64,000 nt of DNA, from positions 66-64,065 of the forward strand of contig JAGWXY010000003.1 in the NCBI GenBank assembly GCA_018969605.1. The letters are read 5' to 3'. The notes under the pieces are model-generated. The model made no database searches, was not told the DNA's origin, and worked only from the letters and a program-made list of their open reading frames with translations. Shown one piece after another: positions 1-9,230 of the stretch. Both the position numbers and the translations under genes were made by a program. How positions within the stretch are numbered: the stretch's first letter is position 1; each line of letters begins with the position of its first letter. This DNA is from Verrucomicrobiota bacterium (lineage in GTDB: Bacteria > Verrucomicrobiota > Verrucomicrobiia > Verrucomicrobiales > Akkermansiaceae).

Positions 1-109
1 GACTTTGCTTTCTTTGATTTACTGCTCATTGCGCGCTCAACCTGCGTGAGTTAGAAATTCATTGCAAGGAAAAGTTTTAATAACGATTTGTTATAAATTT
101 CTAACAGAT

Positions 110-598
110 TCACCATATATACCCTGCCCACCCCTCTTCATTTTCCGGGTAAATCTCCACTCGATCCCCGCAATTCACCATTTCATGTAGGGCAATCATA
201 TCAAGGTTGGTCATGCGAATGCAGCCATGGCTGGCCGGATATCCTATGGATGATTCATGATTGGTACCATGAATGTAAATATATCGATCCATGGTGTTAA
301 GGTTCCACGGATCCATTCCCTCAAGCCTCAGAATGCGGGTCAGAATGAGATCATCATCCGATTTCTCGTCCTCCTGCCACACCCCACAAACGACGCGTGA
401 TTTGAAGATGGTACCCACCGCTTGACCATCGCCAATTTTTTCGGAAATTCTGAAGCGTCCGGTAGGAGTTCGCAAACTGCCTATCTCACAACCCATGCCC
501 TTGGCGGCAGTCGATACCGCGAAGCGAGCCAGCAATTGGTCGCCATCGAAGACAAGCATCTGCTGGCCACTCACGGATACAACGATGCGTTTCATCAT
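110..598 (-). CDS. L,D-transpeptidase (YkuD-domain) protein, no recognisable signal peptide
   Basis: 162-aa ORF. 'YIYIHGTNHESSIGYPASHGCIRM' matches the YkuD His/Cys catalytic signature. Its ATG overlaps the stop of the upstream ORF (ATGA at 595-598). Confidence 0.8.
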   Translation of the reverse strand: MMKRIVVSVSGQQMLVFDGDQLLARFAVSTAAKGMGCEIGSLRTPTGRFRISEKIGDGQAVGTIFKSRVVCGVWQEDEKSDDDLILTRILRLEGMDPWNLNTMDRYIYIHGTNHESSIGYPASHGCIRMTNLDMIALHEMVNCGDRVEIYPENEEGWAGYIW

Positions 599-1764
599 GC
601 GTAAGCGGGAGAAATGACCAACAACGCGTTGTGACCACCCATGGCATTGGAGACCTTTGCCACGGGACCGGTGACTTCAAATGAATCATGCGGCAAAACA
701 AATCCCTGCGGCGCGCTCAGCCCTTTCACATTTCCCGGCAGTCGGCGGTTTTTCATAAATCCCGCCAGAATCGCGCTTTCGAGCAAACCGCTGGCACCGA
801 TGGTGTGACCGGTAAACGGCTTGAGCAAAATCAGCGGTGGCTTTGCGTCGGTGAACACGCGTTGCATCCATGCCGGATCCGCAACTGCCTGAACCATCGT
901 GCCAGTCGCATGCGGGCAAAGTGCCGACAAACCACGCGTGAGGTCATGAGTGAAAAGCTCTGAGCTACGACCACCGTTCGCAGGAATGCTCACCGGATTT
1001 CCAGCATCGGAATTGCATGCGTAATGAAGCAGTCGCGGATGATTTCCCTCACCTATTTCAATCGCCATTGCCGCCGCAGCCTCGGCAGGCACAAATCCGG
1101 TGGTCGATGAATGATAAGGATCCAGTTTTGCAGTTTTTGAAAGCAAACCCGAGGACGCATACTGATCGAGCAGCATCGGCACCAATGGCAGATCCACCGC
1201 CACCGCCAATGCGCGCGATGCGAGACCGCATTCGAGCATCATCATCGCCACGCCCACCGCATCGAGCCCGGCGGCACAACCACTGGCGACGACATGATTC
1301 GGCCCTGTGATGCCAAACTCGATGCTGATCGCCGATGCCGGTTCGCTGTGAATGGTGTTGCTGGCAGCCATCAAACGAAACGGCCTGCGTCCTGGCCATG
1401 GCCCAAGCCAACCCGCCGCATTGCCGCGACTCGTGCCGACCACCAAGGCGGCATCTCGCAGATCACTTTCACTCCACGCCGCGTCAGCGATCGCCTCACG
1501 CGCCGCATGCAAAGCTGCCATGGTCGCCGGACCCCATTTGCGACTGGTCAGGCATTCGCGATCCGCAATCCATGCCCCCGGCGTAGCCGCGTGAGCGCAA
1601 TCATTTCCCAACAAATCCCCAAGCGGCCGAAATGGAACGACCCCCTTCGCGATCGAATCAAGATGCGAAGGCAGATCAACACCGAGCGCCGACAAAGCAC
1701 CCAGGCCCTTGATGGAAAATGACTGGCGGATGCCCACGGGTAGCAAGATGCAAGCGCACCGCAA
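595..1764 (-). CDS. beta-ketoacyl-ACP synthase-like condensing enzyme
   Basis: 389-aa ORF with 'ASGCAAGLDAV' (active-site Cys), 'HATGT' and 'FTGHTIGASG' (His motifs) typical of KAS I/II thiolase-fold enzymes. Start codon uncertain. Confidence 0.75.
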   Translation of the reverse strand: MRCACILLPVGIRQSFSIKGLGALSALGVDLPSHLDSIAKGVVPFRPLGDLLGNDCAHAATPGAWIADRECLTSRKWGPATMAALHAAREAIADAAWSESDLRDAALVVGTSRGNAAGWLGPWPGRRPFRLMAASNTIHSEPASAISIEFGITGPNHVVASGCAAGLDAVGVAMMMLECGLASRALAVAVDLPLVPMLLDQYASSGLLSKTAKLDPYHSSTTGFVPAEAAAAMAIEIGEGNHPRLLHYACNSDAGNPVSIPANGGRSSELFTHDLTRGLSALCPHATGTMVQAVADPAWMQRVFTDAKPPLILLKPFTGHTIGASGLLESAILAGFMKNRRLPGNVKGLSAPQGFVLPHDSFEVTGPVAKVSNAMGGHNALLVISPAYA

Positions 1765-1776
1765 ATCAAAATCCCA

Positions 1777-3174
1777 TCAGCGCGAACCGCCCACACCAGC
1801 ACCTCGTTGACCCCCAAAGCGTCCGCCAAACCATCCGCCGCCATTCAGGATGCGGTTCTTGTCCGGCTCCGAAAAAATTTGGCTTTGTTCGACATACACT
1901 CTCGCCGCAGCCGCATCCTCACGCATCCACCGAGTCGCCGCGATGCTCATCGACCTAATCCGCTCGCCCTCGTCCTGAATGTTTTCCGCAACCAAGATCA
2001 CCTGCGATGGATCCGCAGCGGTGTTGGCCATGACATATGCCTGCAGGGCGCTGTCCCGCACATCACCGGCCTCAAGCGCAAAGGCATATGCCAAAGCATT
2101 CGGCGCGTCCTTGTTCACCCACGATGACATCAACTCGCGCATGCTCAGGCGCTTGGCATCATCACCACCTTGGTCTTGGAGAAACTCCGCCGCGTACTTC
2201 GGATCATCGCGCGCAATGTCCCCGACCACCTCTGCCACCGCACGATCCTTGGCCGCACCTTGCGACATGAGTTTTACCTGCGCCGCAGCGGCGGCCGCAG
2301 CATCATCACTCGAGAGCCCCCCAATCGCGGATGCCAAAGCCTCATCCTGCTGATCGGCAGGAAGCGACTTGATCCATGCCTGTGCCTCTTCGAAATTTTT
2401 CGCACCATAGCTTCTCGCCACATTTCGAAACGCATCGGTGAAATCCTCACCACTCATCCCCGCAAGCATCTTCGATGCCTTGGCCGGATCCAACTTCGCC
2501 ACCTCTCCCACCACTGCGCTGATCGCTTCCGTGCGCTCCTCACCCAAAGAACTCGCCCACGCCATCGCCGCCGCAGGGTTCTGCCTCGCCCACTCAGAGC
2601 CAATGATCGAAACACCACCACGCCCACCGGCCGGACCCCCATAGCCCATCATCGAAAACTCACGCGGATTCGCCGCCAGATACGCCGCAGCCCCGGCCGG
2701 ATCGACACTCGCCCACCCTTGCAGGATCGTCGGTTTCACAAACATCCCGCCAAAACCCATCGAACCGGAAAAACCCATCGCCGCCGTAGGATCCAACTCC
2801 GCCCATCGACCGAACAACAAAAATGAAGCAAGCAGGCGCTCGTTCATCGGCAACTGATCCAACTTGCCCGCCTCCCGTTCGAATTGCGACGGACTCAGAT
2901 CCGCATAAAAATCGAGCATCGCCTGCACCCGTTGCGTACTGCCCTGCGTACCGCTGATCTGACTGATGCTCGTTGGCCGTTTCGCTCGCTTGGTTTCGCG
3001 CGCGATACCGGATTCATTTCGCGCCCCCTGTTTCGCCTTCGCTGGGGCCGCGCTCTGCTCCTTTGACGATGACCCCGCCTTTTCCTTCTCCGACTGAATG
3101 TTTTGCCCAGTGATAAATCCACCGAGCGCGCCAAGCGCCAATGCCAAGAGAGCAAACATCCACGGTTTTTTCAT
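1777..3174 (-). CDS. hypothetical membrane-anchored helical-repeat protein
   Basis: Start taken at 'MKKPWMFALLALALGALGGF' (N-terminal TM/signal). About 8 internal repeats of the form W-x3-DP-x2-A (WAELDPTAAMGF, WASVDPAGAAAYL, WARQNPAAAMAWA, VAKLDPAKASKML and others). Gly-rich C-terminus. Confidence 0.6.
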   Translation of the reverse strand: MKKPWMFALLALALGALGGFITGQNIQSEKEKAGSSSKEQSAAPAKAKQGARNESGIARETKRAKRPTSISQISGTQGSTQRVQAMLDFYADLSPSQFEREAGKLDQLPMNERLLASFLLFGRWAELDPTAAMGFSGSMGFGGMFVKPTILQGWASVDPAGAAAYLAANPREFSMMGYGGPAGGRGGVSIIGSEWARQNPAAAMAWASSLGEERTEAISAVVGEVAKLDPAKASKMLAGMSGEDFTDAFRNVARSYGAKNFEEAQAWIKSLPADQQDEALASAIGGLSSDDAAAAAAAQVKLMSQGAAKDRAVAEVVGDIARDDPKYAAEFLQDQGGDDAKRLSMRELMSSWVNKDAPNALAYAFALEAGDVRDSALQAYVMANTAADPSQVILVAENIQDEGERIRSMSIAATRWMREDAAAARVYVEQSQIFSEPDKNRILNGGGWFGGRFGGQRGAGVGGSR

Positions 3175-3278
3175 AAAAATGCAGTGTGACCCACCCATTC
3201 AACCACGATCCGCCGATTTCGTCGCAATGAATTTTCAGGACTTGCATCTCCCCTCGGATCGTTAATTCTTCGCGCCGC

Positions 3279-4499
3279 ATGAGCCGTTTAGAAGGAAAAG
3301 TACTCGTCGCCCAAGGAGGCGGCCCCACCCCCGTCATCAACCAAAGCGTCGTCGGCGTCGCCCTCGAAGCCCGCAAATTCAGCCAGGTCACATCGATTTA
3401 CGGTGCCGTCCACGGTGTGCGCGGAATCATCGAGGAAAACTTCGTCGATCTGACCCGCGAGACCACCCACAACCTCGAGCAGGTCGCCGACACACCGTCC
3501 TCGGGACTCCTCTCGACCCGCGACAAGCCCGATGAGGAATACTGCGCCCGCATGTTCAAGGTCATGCAGGCCCACGACATCCGATACTTCTTCTATGTCG
3601 GCGGCAACGATTCTTCCGACACCGTCCGCATCGTCAACGAACAAGCCCAGCAGGCAAACTACGAACTGCGCGCGATCCACATTCCCAAGACGATCGACAA
3701 CGACCTGATGGAAAACGACCACTGCCCGGGCTTCGGCTCCGCAGCCCGTTTCGTCGCGCAGGCATTCACCGGCGTCAACCTCGACAACCGCGCGCTCAAG
3801 GGCGTTTACATCGGCGTCGTGATGGGTCGTCACGCCGGATTCCTCACCGCCTCATCCGCCCTCGGCCGCAAGTACTACGACGATGGCCCGCACCTCGTCT
3901 ATGTGCCGGAGCGCGCCTTCGATACCGAGAAATTCCTCGCCGATGTCGATCGTGTGTACTCGAAGTTTGGCATGTGCACGATCGCTGTTTCGGAAGGTAT
4001 CTCCGACAAGGATGGCACCCCGATGATCACCAAGCTGATGGGCGAAGAACGCGATGCCCACGGCAACCTCCAACTCTCCGGCACCGGCGCCCTCGGCGAC
4101 CTGCTCTCGCAGACGATAAAGGACGGCCTCAAGCTCAAGCGCGTTCGCTCCGACACCTACGGATACCTTCAGCGTTGCTTCATCGGATGCCGCTCCGACC
4201 GCGATGCCCACGAAGCCCGCGAGGTCGGTGAAAAGGCAGTCCAGTACGCCATGTGGGACAATGTCGATGGCTCGATCGCGATCCGCCGCCCGGTCCTCAA
4301 CTACAGCGTCGATTACGAACTCGTGCCGATCGAAAAGGTCGCCGGCAAAACCCGCCACATGCCCGACAATTTCATCAACGCCGACGCCAATGGCGTCACC
4401 GAGGACTTCCTCAACTACTGCCGCCCGCTGCTTGGCTCGGACTTCCCGCAGTCCCACCGCCTGCGCGCGCCAATGGTGCCAAAAATCCTCCACAAGTGA
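3279..4499 (+). CDS. 6-phosphofructokinase family protein (possibly PPi-dependent type)
   Basis: 406-aa ORF. 'AQGGGPTPVINQS', 'GGNDSSDT' and 'PKTIDNDL' are PFK-family motifs. Phosphoryl-donor specificity cannot be decided by eye. Confidence 0.85.
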   Translation: MSRLEGKVLVAQGGGPTPVINQSVVGVALEARKFSQVTSIYGAVHGVRGIIEENFVDLTRETTHNLEQVADTPSSGLLSTRDKPDEEYCARMFKVMQAHDIRYFFYVGGNDSSDTVRIVNEQAQQANYELRAIHIPKTIDNDLMENDHCPGFGSAARFVAQAFTGVNLDNRALKGVYIGVVMGRHAGFLTASSALGRKYYDDGPHLVYVPERAFDTEKFLADVDRVYSKFGMCTIAVSEGISDKDGTPMITKLMGEERDAHGNLQLSGTGALGDLLSQTIKDGLKLKRVRSDTYGYLQRCFIGCRSDRDAHEAREVGEKAVQYAMWDNVDGSIAIRRPVLNYSVDYELVPIEKVAGKTRHMPDNFINADANGVTEDFLNYCRPLLGSDFPQSHRLRAPMVPKILHK

Positions 4500-4534
4500 T
4501 CGCTCGCGCGACCACTCTCAGTTGATCCCCATCA

Positions 4535-4569
4535 GGGCCGGTGGACTTCGCTCCGCCGGCCCGTTTTTT
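4535..4569 (+). terminator. Rho-independent terminator after pfk
   Basis: GGGCCGGTGG / CCGCCGGCCC stem (one G-U pair), 8-nt loop, followed by TTTTTT. Confidence 0.7.
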
Positions 4570-4639
4570 GTCGCGGATCATCGGCGTCAATGCCCATTCG
4601 GCTTGCCCTTACCCCCTCATGCCCTAGCATGATTGCCTC

Positions 4640-7600
4640 TTGCCAATGCACCGCGTTTTTGTCGAAAAATTTTCTCCCCACGATATCGAGGCCCGCCACT
4701 TGCTCGCCGATCTCAAGGAGTCGCTCACACTCCCCGGCCTCGAATCCCTGCGCATCATCCAACGCTACGAAATCGACGGCATCGGCGCAGACCTCATCGG
4801 CGACGCCACCCAGCAGATTCTTTCCGAACCGCAAGTCGATCGCACCAGCACCTCACTCGAAATTTCCAACAACGAACACGCGTTTGCGATCGAGTACCTG
4901 CCGGGCCAGTTCGATCAACGCGCCGACTCAGCAGCCCAGTGCATCCAGATCCTCACCGGCGGTTCGCGACCCACCGTTGCCTCAGCCAAGGTGATCATCC
5001 TGCGCGGCAATCTTTCCACTTCGGAAATCGATGCGATCAAATCCTACGCGATCAACCCGGTGGATTCACACGAAGTTCCCGTGGCCGGATCCGGCGAACG
5101 CCATCAGCCGGCTGCTCCCGCCGATGTCGCGGTTTTGAACGGCTTCAACATCAGCGACCCTGCCGAACTTCGCAAACAACTCGGCCTCGCGATGTCCGCC
5201 GCCGATGTGGCATTTTGCCAAACCTATTTCCGCGACCAGGAAAAACGCGAACCAAGCATCACCGAAATCCGCGTGCTCGACACCTATTGGTCCGACCACT
5301 GCCGCCACACGACATTCCTTACGGAAATCACCGATGTCGTTTTCGACAATGAAAACAGTCCGGTCTACCGCGCATGGCAAACCTACCTTGCGACGCGCAA
5401 AAAACTCGGACGCGACAGCAAGCCCGTCACGCTGATGGACATCGCCCTCACCGGCATGCGCGAACTTCGCGCCTCCGGCGAGCTCGACAACCTCGAAGAG
5501 TCCGATGAAGTCAACGCAGCCTCGATCGTCGTCCCGGTCACCATCAAAAAATCAGCCACAGCCGAACCCACCACCGAGGAGTGGCTCGTGATGTTTAAAA
5601 ATGAAACTCACAACCATCCGACCGAGATCGAACCCTTCGGCGGCGCCGCCACCTGCCTCGGCGGCTGCATTCGCGATCCGCTCTCCGGCCGCTCGTATGT
5701 TTATCAAGCCATGCGCGTCACCGGCGCGGGCAATCCGCTCACGCCATTTTCGGAAACGCTTCCGGGCAAATTGCCACAACGAAAAATCTGCCGCACCGCA
5801 GCTCACGGTTATTCCTCCTACGGCAACCAAATCGGCCTCGCCACCGGCGAAGTCGCCGAAGTTTTCCACCCGGGTTATGTCGCCAAACGCCTCGAGATTG
5901 GTGCGGTCGTTGCCGCCGCCCCACGCTCGCAAGTCTTCCGCGGCAAACCGGCCACCGGCGATGCGATCCTTTTGATCGGCGGCCGAACCGGACGCGATGG
6001 CGTCGGCGGCGCCACCGGATCTTCCAAGGAACATACCGACACCGCGCTCGAAAATTCCGCAGAGGTACAAAAGGGCGACGCCCCAACCGAACGCAAAATC
6101 CAACGCCTTTTCCGCAACCCGGTCCTCACTCGCAAAATCAAGGTCTGCAATGACTTCGGCGCCGGCGGCGTCTCGGTCGCTATCGGCGAAATCGCGCCCT
6201 CGCTTCGCATCAACCTCGATGCCGTTCCCAAAAAATACGACGGACTCGACGGCACCGAACTCGCCATTTCCGAATCCCAGGAACGCATGGCGGTCTGCAT
6301 CGATCCCGCCGACATCCCCTACTTCCTCAAAGAAGCCGATCGCGAAAATCTCGACTGCACACAGGTCGCCGAAGTCACCAACGACGGCCGCCTCGTCATG
6401 CTCTGGCGCGACAAAAAAATCGTCGATCTCTCACGCGCATTCCTCGACACCAACGGCGCCAGCCAATCGGCCACGGTCCGTGTTTCCTCTCCCTTGACAC
6501 CCGGCTTATTATACTCCCATGAACAATCAGCAAATCTACTTGAACGAAGCCCACAAGGCAGCCTGCGAGAAAGCCTTGGCGCTGCAGGCGAATCAATCGC
6601 CGAGACCCTTGAGCGAGTCCATCAAGCAAGCGAAAGATCTGGCATCTCTGTCCCCAAGACAAAAAATGAGCGACACGAGCTCCACAGAGCCCTACGCACC
6701 ATTGAAGAACAGCAACTACGAAGCCGCTTGACCCGACTTTTCATCGCACCTGATGAATTCCAGCATCACTGGAACACAACCGGCTGTCTCGGGGGAGCTG
6801 AACAAAAAGTCTATCCGACAGGTAACTGCGAGTACATCAAGGCAAACAATGGCAGCTACCACGGACACTGGCTGCAATACATCGAGAGGTTGAGACTTCA
6901 CGCAATCCTCTTTCCCGACACCGCTTATAAGATTATCGGTCTTCTAGATGACAATGGAGAGCTTTCAATTGTCGTTTCACAGCCAGAAGCTTACGCAGCT
7001 ACGGATGGCAACGGATACCATCTCGGAGCCTCACGCTCCAAAGTCGAAGAGCACATGAAATCTCTCGGCGCATTTCGCTTCCGTAATGACGACTATTACC
7101 TTCCTTCCGAAGATCTTTTCATCGAAGATCTTCATGAGGAAAATGTGCTAATCGGCACCGACGGAGAAACGCTGCGTTTCATTGATCCCGTCATCTATCT
7201 CCGCCCCCCCGATCTGCCAGTTCCATCTCCCTTGGCGGAGGCGCCCCACCCGCTGACTTCCTCTATTGATCTTCGCTCATCGCTCACGGATCGCTTGTCC
7301 GCTCTGAGCACCTGCTCACGCAAAGGCCTTGGCGAGCGCTTCGATGCCTCGGTGGGCGCCGGCACTGTACTGTGGCCTTTCGGTGGAAAACACCAACTCA
7401 CCCCACCCGACGCGATGGTGGCCAAGCTGCCTCTCCTCGAAGGTGACACCGATGCCTGCAGCTTCATGGCATGGGGTTTCGATCCCTTCCTCTCCGAGAA
7501 ATCCCCCTTCCACGGCGCGGTCCACGCGGTGACCGAATCCGTCTGCAAAGTCGTCGCTGCCGGCGGCCGACTCCAAGACATTCGCCTCACCTTCCAAGAG

Positions 7601-9118
7601 TATTTCCCAAAACTTGGCAACGACCCGCAACGCTGGGGCATGCCCTTCGCCGCACTTCTTGGCGCCTATCACGCGCAGCACTCGCTGCGCCTCGCCGCCA
7701 TCGGTGGCAAGGACTCAATGTCCGGATCGTTCAATGATTTGGATGTGCCGCCGACCCTCGTTTCCTTCGCTCTCGCACCCGGACTCGCAAGCCTTGCGCT
7801 CAGCCCGGAGTTCAAGGAAAGCGGATCCGCTATCTCATTGGTGGAAATTCCACTCGATGCGGAAGGTTTGCCTCAATTCGATTTGTTGAAATCGACAGCC
7901 GAGGCAATTCACCAGCTCAACACCGCGGGTCATTTCCTCTCGCTGCATTGCATCGGCCAAGCAGGCATCGCTGCCGCGCTTGCAAAAATGTCCTTCGGCA
8001 ACCACATCGGCGTCGATGTCGAGACCACCCTCGATCTGCTCGTACCACGCAGTTTTGCCTTCCTGATCGAAAACAGAACCACCTCAAGCGACGCCATCCA
8101 AAAAGCACTCCCTACGCTCGTTGCTCTCGGCACAACAAGCGCTGATCCGCAACTCACCCTCAACGGCATCAGCCACCCGATCGACGCGCTTCAAGCCGCA
8201 TGGACCGGAACACTCGAGCCGGTCTACGCCAGCAAGGCTTCCGAAGACTCCGCAACAAAATCGGTGGAATTGCCCGCATTCAAAGCATCAAAGCAAAACC
8301 GCTCGAAAAACAGCGCCGCCACACCAAAGGTCATCATCCCCGCATTTCCCGGCACCAACTCGGAATACGATTCCGCCAAATCATTCCGCAAAGCGGGTGG
8401 CAATCCCGAGATCCTTGTCTTCCGCAATCTCAGCCAACAACACATCAGCGAATCCCTCGACGCATTCGCCGCAAAAATCCGCGAGAGCCAAATCCTCATG
8501 TTTCCTGGCGGATTCAGCGCCGGCGACGAACCCGACGGCTCGGCAAAATTCATCGCTACCATCATCCGCAGCCCGAAAGTCGCCGAGGCCATCATGGACC
8601 TCATCCATCATCGCGACGGACTCATCCTCGGCATCTGCAACGGCTTCCAGGCACTGATCAAAACCGGCCTCGTCCCCTACGGCGAAATCCGCCCACCCTC
8701 GACCGATTCGCCAACCCTCGTTCACAACACGATCGGTCGTCACATCTCCCAGTATGTCGACACGCGAGTGGTATCAAACCAATCGCCGTGGCTCTCTCTC
8801 TGCAATCCCGGAGACATTCACACCGTGCCAATCTCACACGGCGAAGGCCGCTTCTTCGCCGATGATGCAACGGTCCAACAACTCGCCGCAAACGGCCAGA
8901 TCGCCACCCAGTATTGCGATGCCAATGGAAATCCATCGATGGGCAACGCCATCAACCCGAACGGCTCGGCCTTTGCGATCGAAGGGATCACCTCGCCCTG
9001 TGGCCGAGTCTTCGGAAAAATGGCCCACTCGGAACGCGCCGGCAAACATGTCGCCAAAAACATACCGGGCAACAAGCATCAGCCGATCTTCGAAGCCGGC
9101 ATCAGATACTTCAGCTGA
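4640..9118 (+). CDS. purL: phosphoribosylformylglycinamidine (FGAM) synthase, single-chain form, carrying a 246-codon in-frame insertion
   Basis: 1492-aa ORF. It has PurL N-terminal, duplicated AIRS-like synthetase and C-terminal glutaminase regions ('YWSDHCRHTTF', 'NETHNHPTEIEPFGGAATC', 'GERFDASVGAGTVLWPFGGK', 'LGICNGFQAL', 'ISHGEGRF'). It is longer than expected because of the block at 6497-7234. Confidence 0.95.
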   Translation: MPMHRVFVEKFSPHDIEARHLLADLKESLTLPGLESLRIIQRYEIDGIGADLIGDATQQILSEPQVDRTSTSLEISNNEHAFAIEYLPGQFDQRADSAAQCIQILTGGSRPTVASAKVIILRGNLSTSEIDAIKSYAINPVDSHEVPVAGSGERHQPAAPADVAVLNGFNISDPAELRKQLGLAMSAADVAFCQTYFRDQEKREPSITEIRVLDTYWSDHCRHTTFLTEITDVVFDNENSPVYRAWQTYLATRKKLGRDSKPVTLMDIALTGMRELRASGELDNLEESDEVNAASIVVPVTIKKSATAEPTTEEWLVMFKNETHNHPTEIEPFGGAATCLGGCIRDPLSGRSYVYQAMRVTGAGNPLTPFSETLPGKLPQRKICRTAAHGYSSYGNQIGLATGEVAEVFHPGYVAKRLEIGAVVAAAPRSQVFRGKPATGDAILLIGGRTGRDGVGGATGSSKEHTDTALENSAEVQKGDAPTERKIQRLFRNPVLTRKIKVCNDFGAGGVSVAIGEIAPSLRINLDAVPKKYDGLDGTELAISESQERMAVCIDPADIPYFLKEADRENLDCTQVAEVTNDGRLVMLWRDKKIVDLSRAFLDTNGASQSATVRVSSPLTPGLLYSHEQSANLLERSPQGSLRESLGAAGESIAETLERVHQASERSGISVPKTKNERHELHRALRTIEEQQLRSRLTRLFIAPDEFQHHWNTTGCLGGAEQKVYPTGNCEYIKANNGSYHGHWLQYIERLRLHAILFPDTAYKIIGLLDDNGELSIVVSQPEAYAATDGNGYHLGASRSKVEEHMKSLGAFRFRNDDYYLPSEDLFIEDLHEENVLIGTDGETLRFIDPVIYLRPPDLPVPSPLAEAPHPLTSSIDLRSSLTDRLSALSTCSRKGLGERFDASVGAGTVLWPFGGKHQLTPPDAMVAKLPLLEGDTDACSFMAWGFDPFLSEKSPFHGAVHAVTESVCKVVAAGGRLQDIRLTFQEYFPKLGNDPQRWGMPFAALLGAYHAQHSLRLAAIGGKDSMSGSFNDLDVPPTLVSFALAPGLASLALSPEFKESGSAISLVEIPLDAEGLPQFDLLKSTAEAIHQLNTAGHFLSLHCIGQAGIAAALAKMSFGNHIGVDVETTLDLLVPRSFAFLIENRTTSSDAIQKALPTLVALGTTSADPQLTLNGISHPIDALQAAWTGTLEPVYASKASEDSATKSVELPAFKASKQNRSKNSAATPKVIIPAFPGTNSEYDSAKSFRKAGGNPEILVFRNLSQQHISESLDAFAAKIRESQILMFPGGFSAGDEPDGSAKFIATIIRSPKVAEAIMDLIHHRDGLILGICNGFQALIKTGLVPYGEIRPPSTDSPTLVHNTIGRHISQYVDTRVVSNQSPWLSLCNPGDIHTVPISHGEGRFFADDATVQQLAANGQIATQYCDANGNPSMGNAINPNGSAFAIEGITSPCGRVFGKMAHSERAGKHVAKNIPGNKHQPIFEAGIRYFS
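6488..7234 (+). other. in-frame insertion of foreign composition within purL, bounded by 9-bp direct repeats; encodes a kinase-like domain
   Basis: TCTCCCTTG occurs at 6488-6496 and 7226-7234, both codon-aligned as Ser-Pro-Leu, 738 nt (246 codons) apart. The interior is visibly AT-richer and uses tta/cta/aga/agg/att codons that are rare in the flanks. Motifs: 'GCLGGAEQKVY', 'EYIKA', 'EDLHEENVL', 'FIDPV'. Confidence 0.7.
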
Positions 9119-9156
9119 TCGCCGCAAGCCACCCATCGGCATCGGCCACACGAAAA

Positions 9157-9187
9157 TCAGGCATGCGATAAAGCACCGCATGCCTGA
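9157..9187. terminator. hairpin between convergent purL and pterin dehydratase genes (probable bidirectional terminator)
   Basis: Perfect 11-bp stem TCAGGCATGCG / CGCATGCCTGA with a 9-nt loop, flanked by A-rich sequence on the left and T-rich sequence on the right. Confidence 0.55.
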
Positions 9188-9230
9188 GTTTGAATTTCCA
9201 AGCGATCAATTCAGACAAGCGCCCGCTTGA

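Noticed and set aside
1-54. Possible 3' end of a plus-strand gene truncated by the window edge ('DFAFFDLLLIARSTCVS*')
   Set aside because: Only 17 codons are visible, too little to support a call. The 10-bp inverted repeat GTTAGAAATT/AATTTCTAAC (50-59 / 96-105) would fit a terminator between convergent genes but has a 36-nt loop and is very AT-rich.
6488-7234. Intein or self-splicing intron as the explanation for the purL insertion
   Set aside because: The insert does not begin with Cys/Ser/Thr. Its first residue after the repeat is Thr-Pro-Gly, with no block A/B motifs. It does not end in His-Asn followed by Cys/Ser/Thr, and I see no homing-endonuclease motifs. It is translatable in frame with no stops, which a group I or group II intron would not need, and I see no intron-like conserved structure. 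Not formally excluded without a model search.
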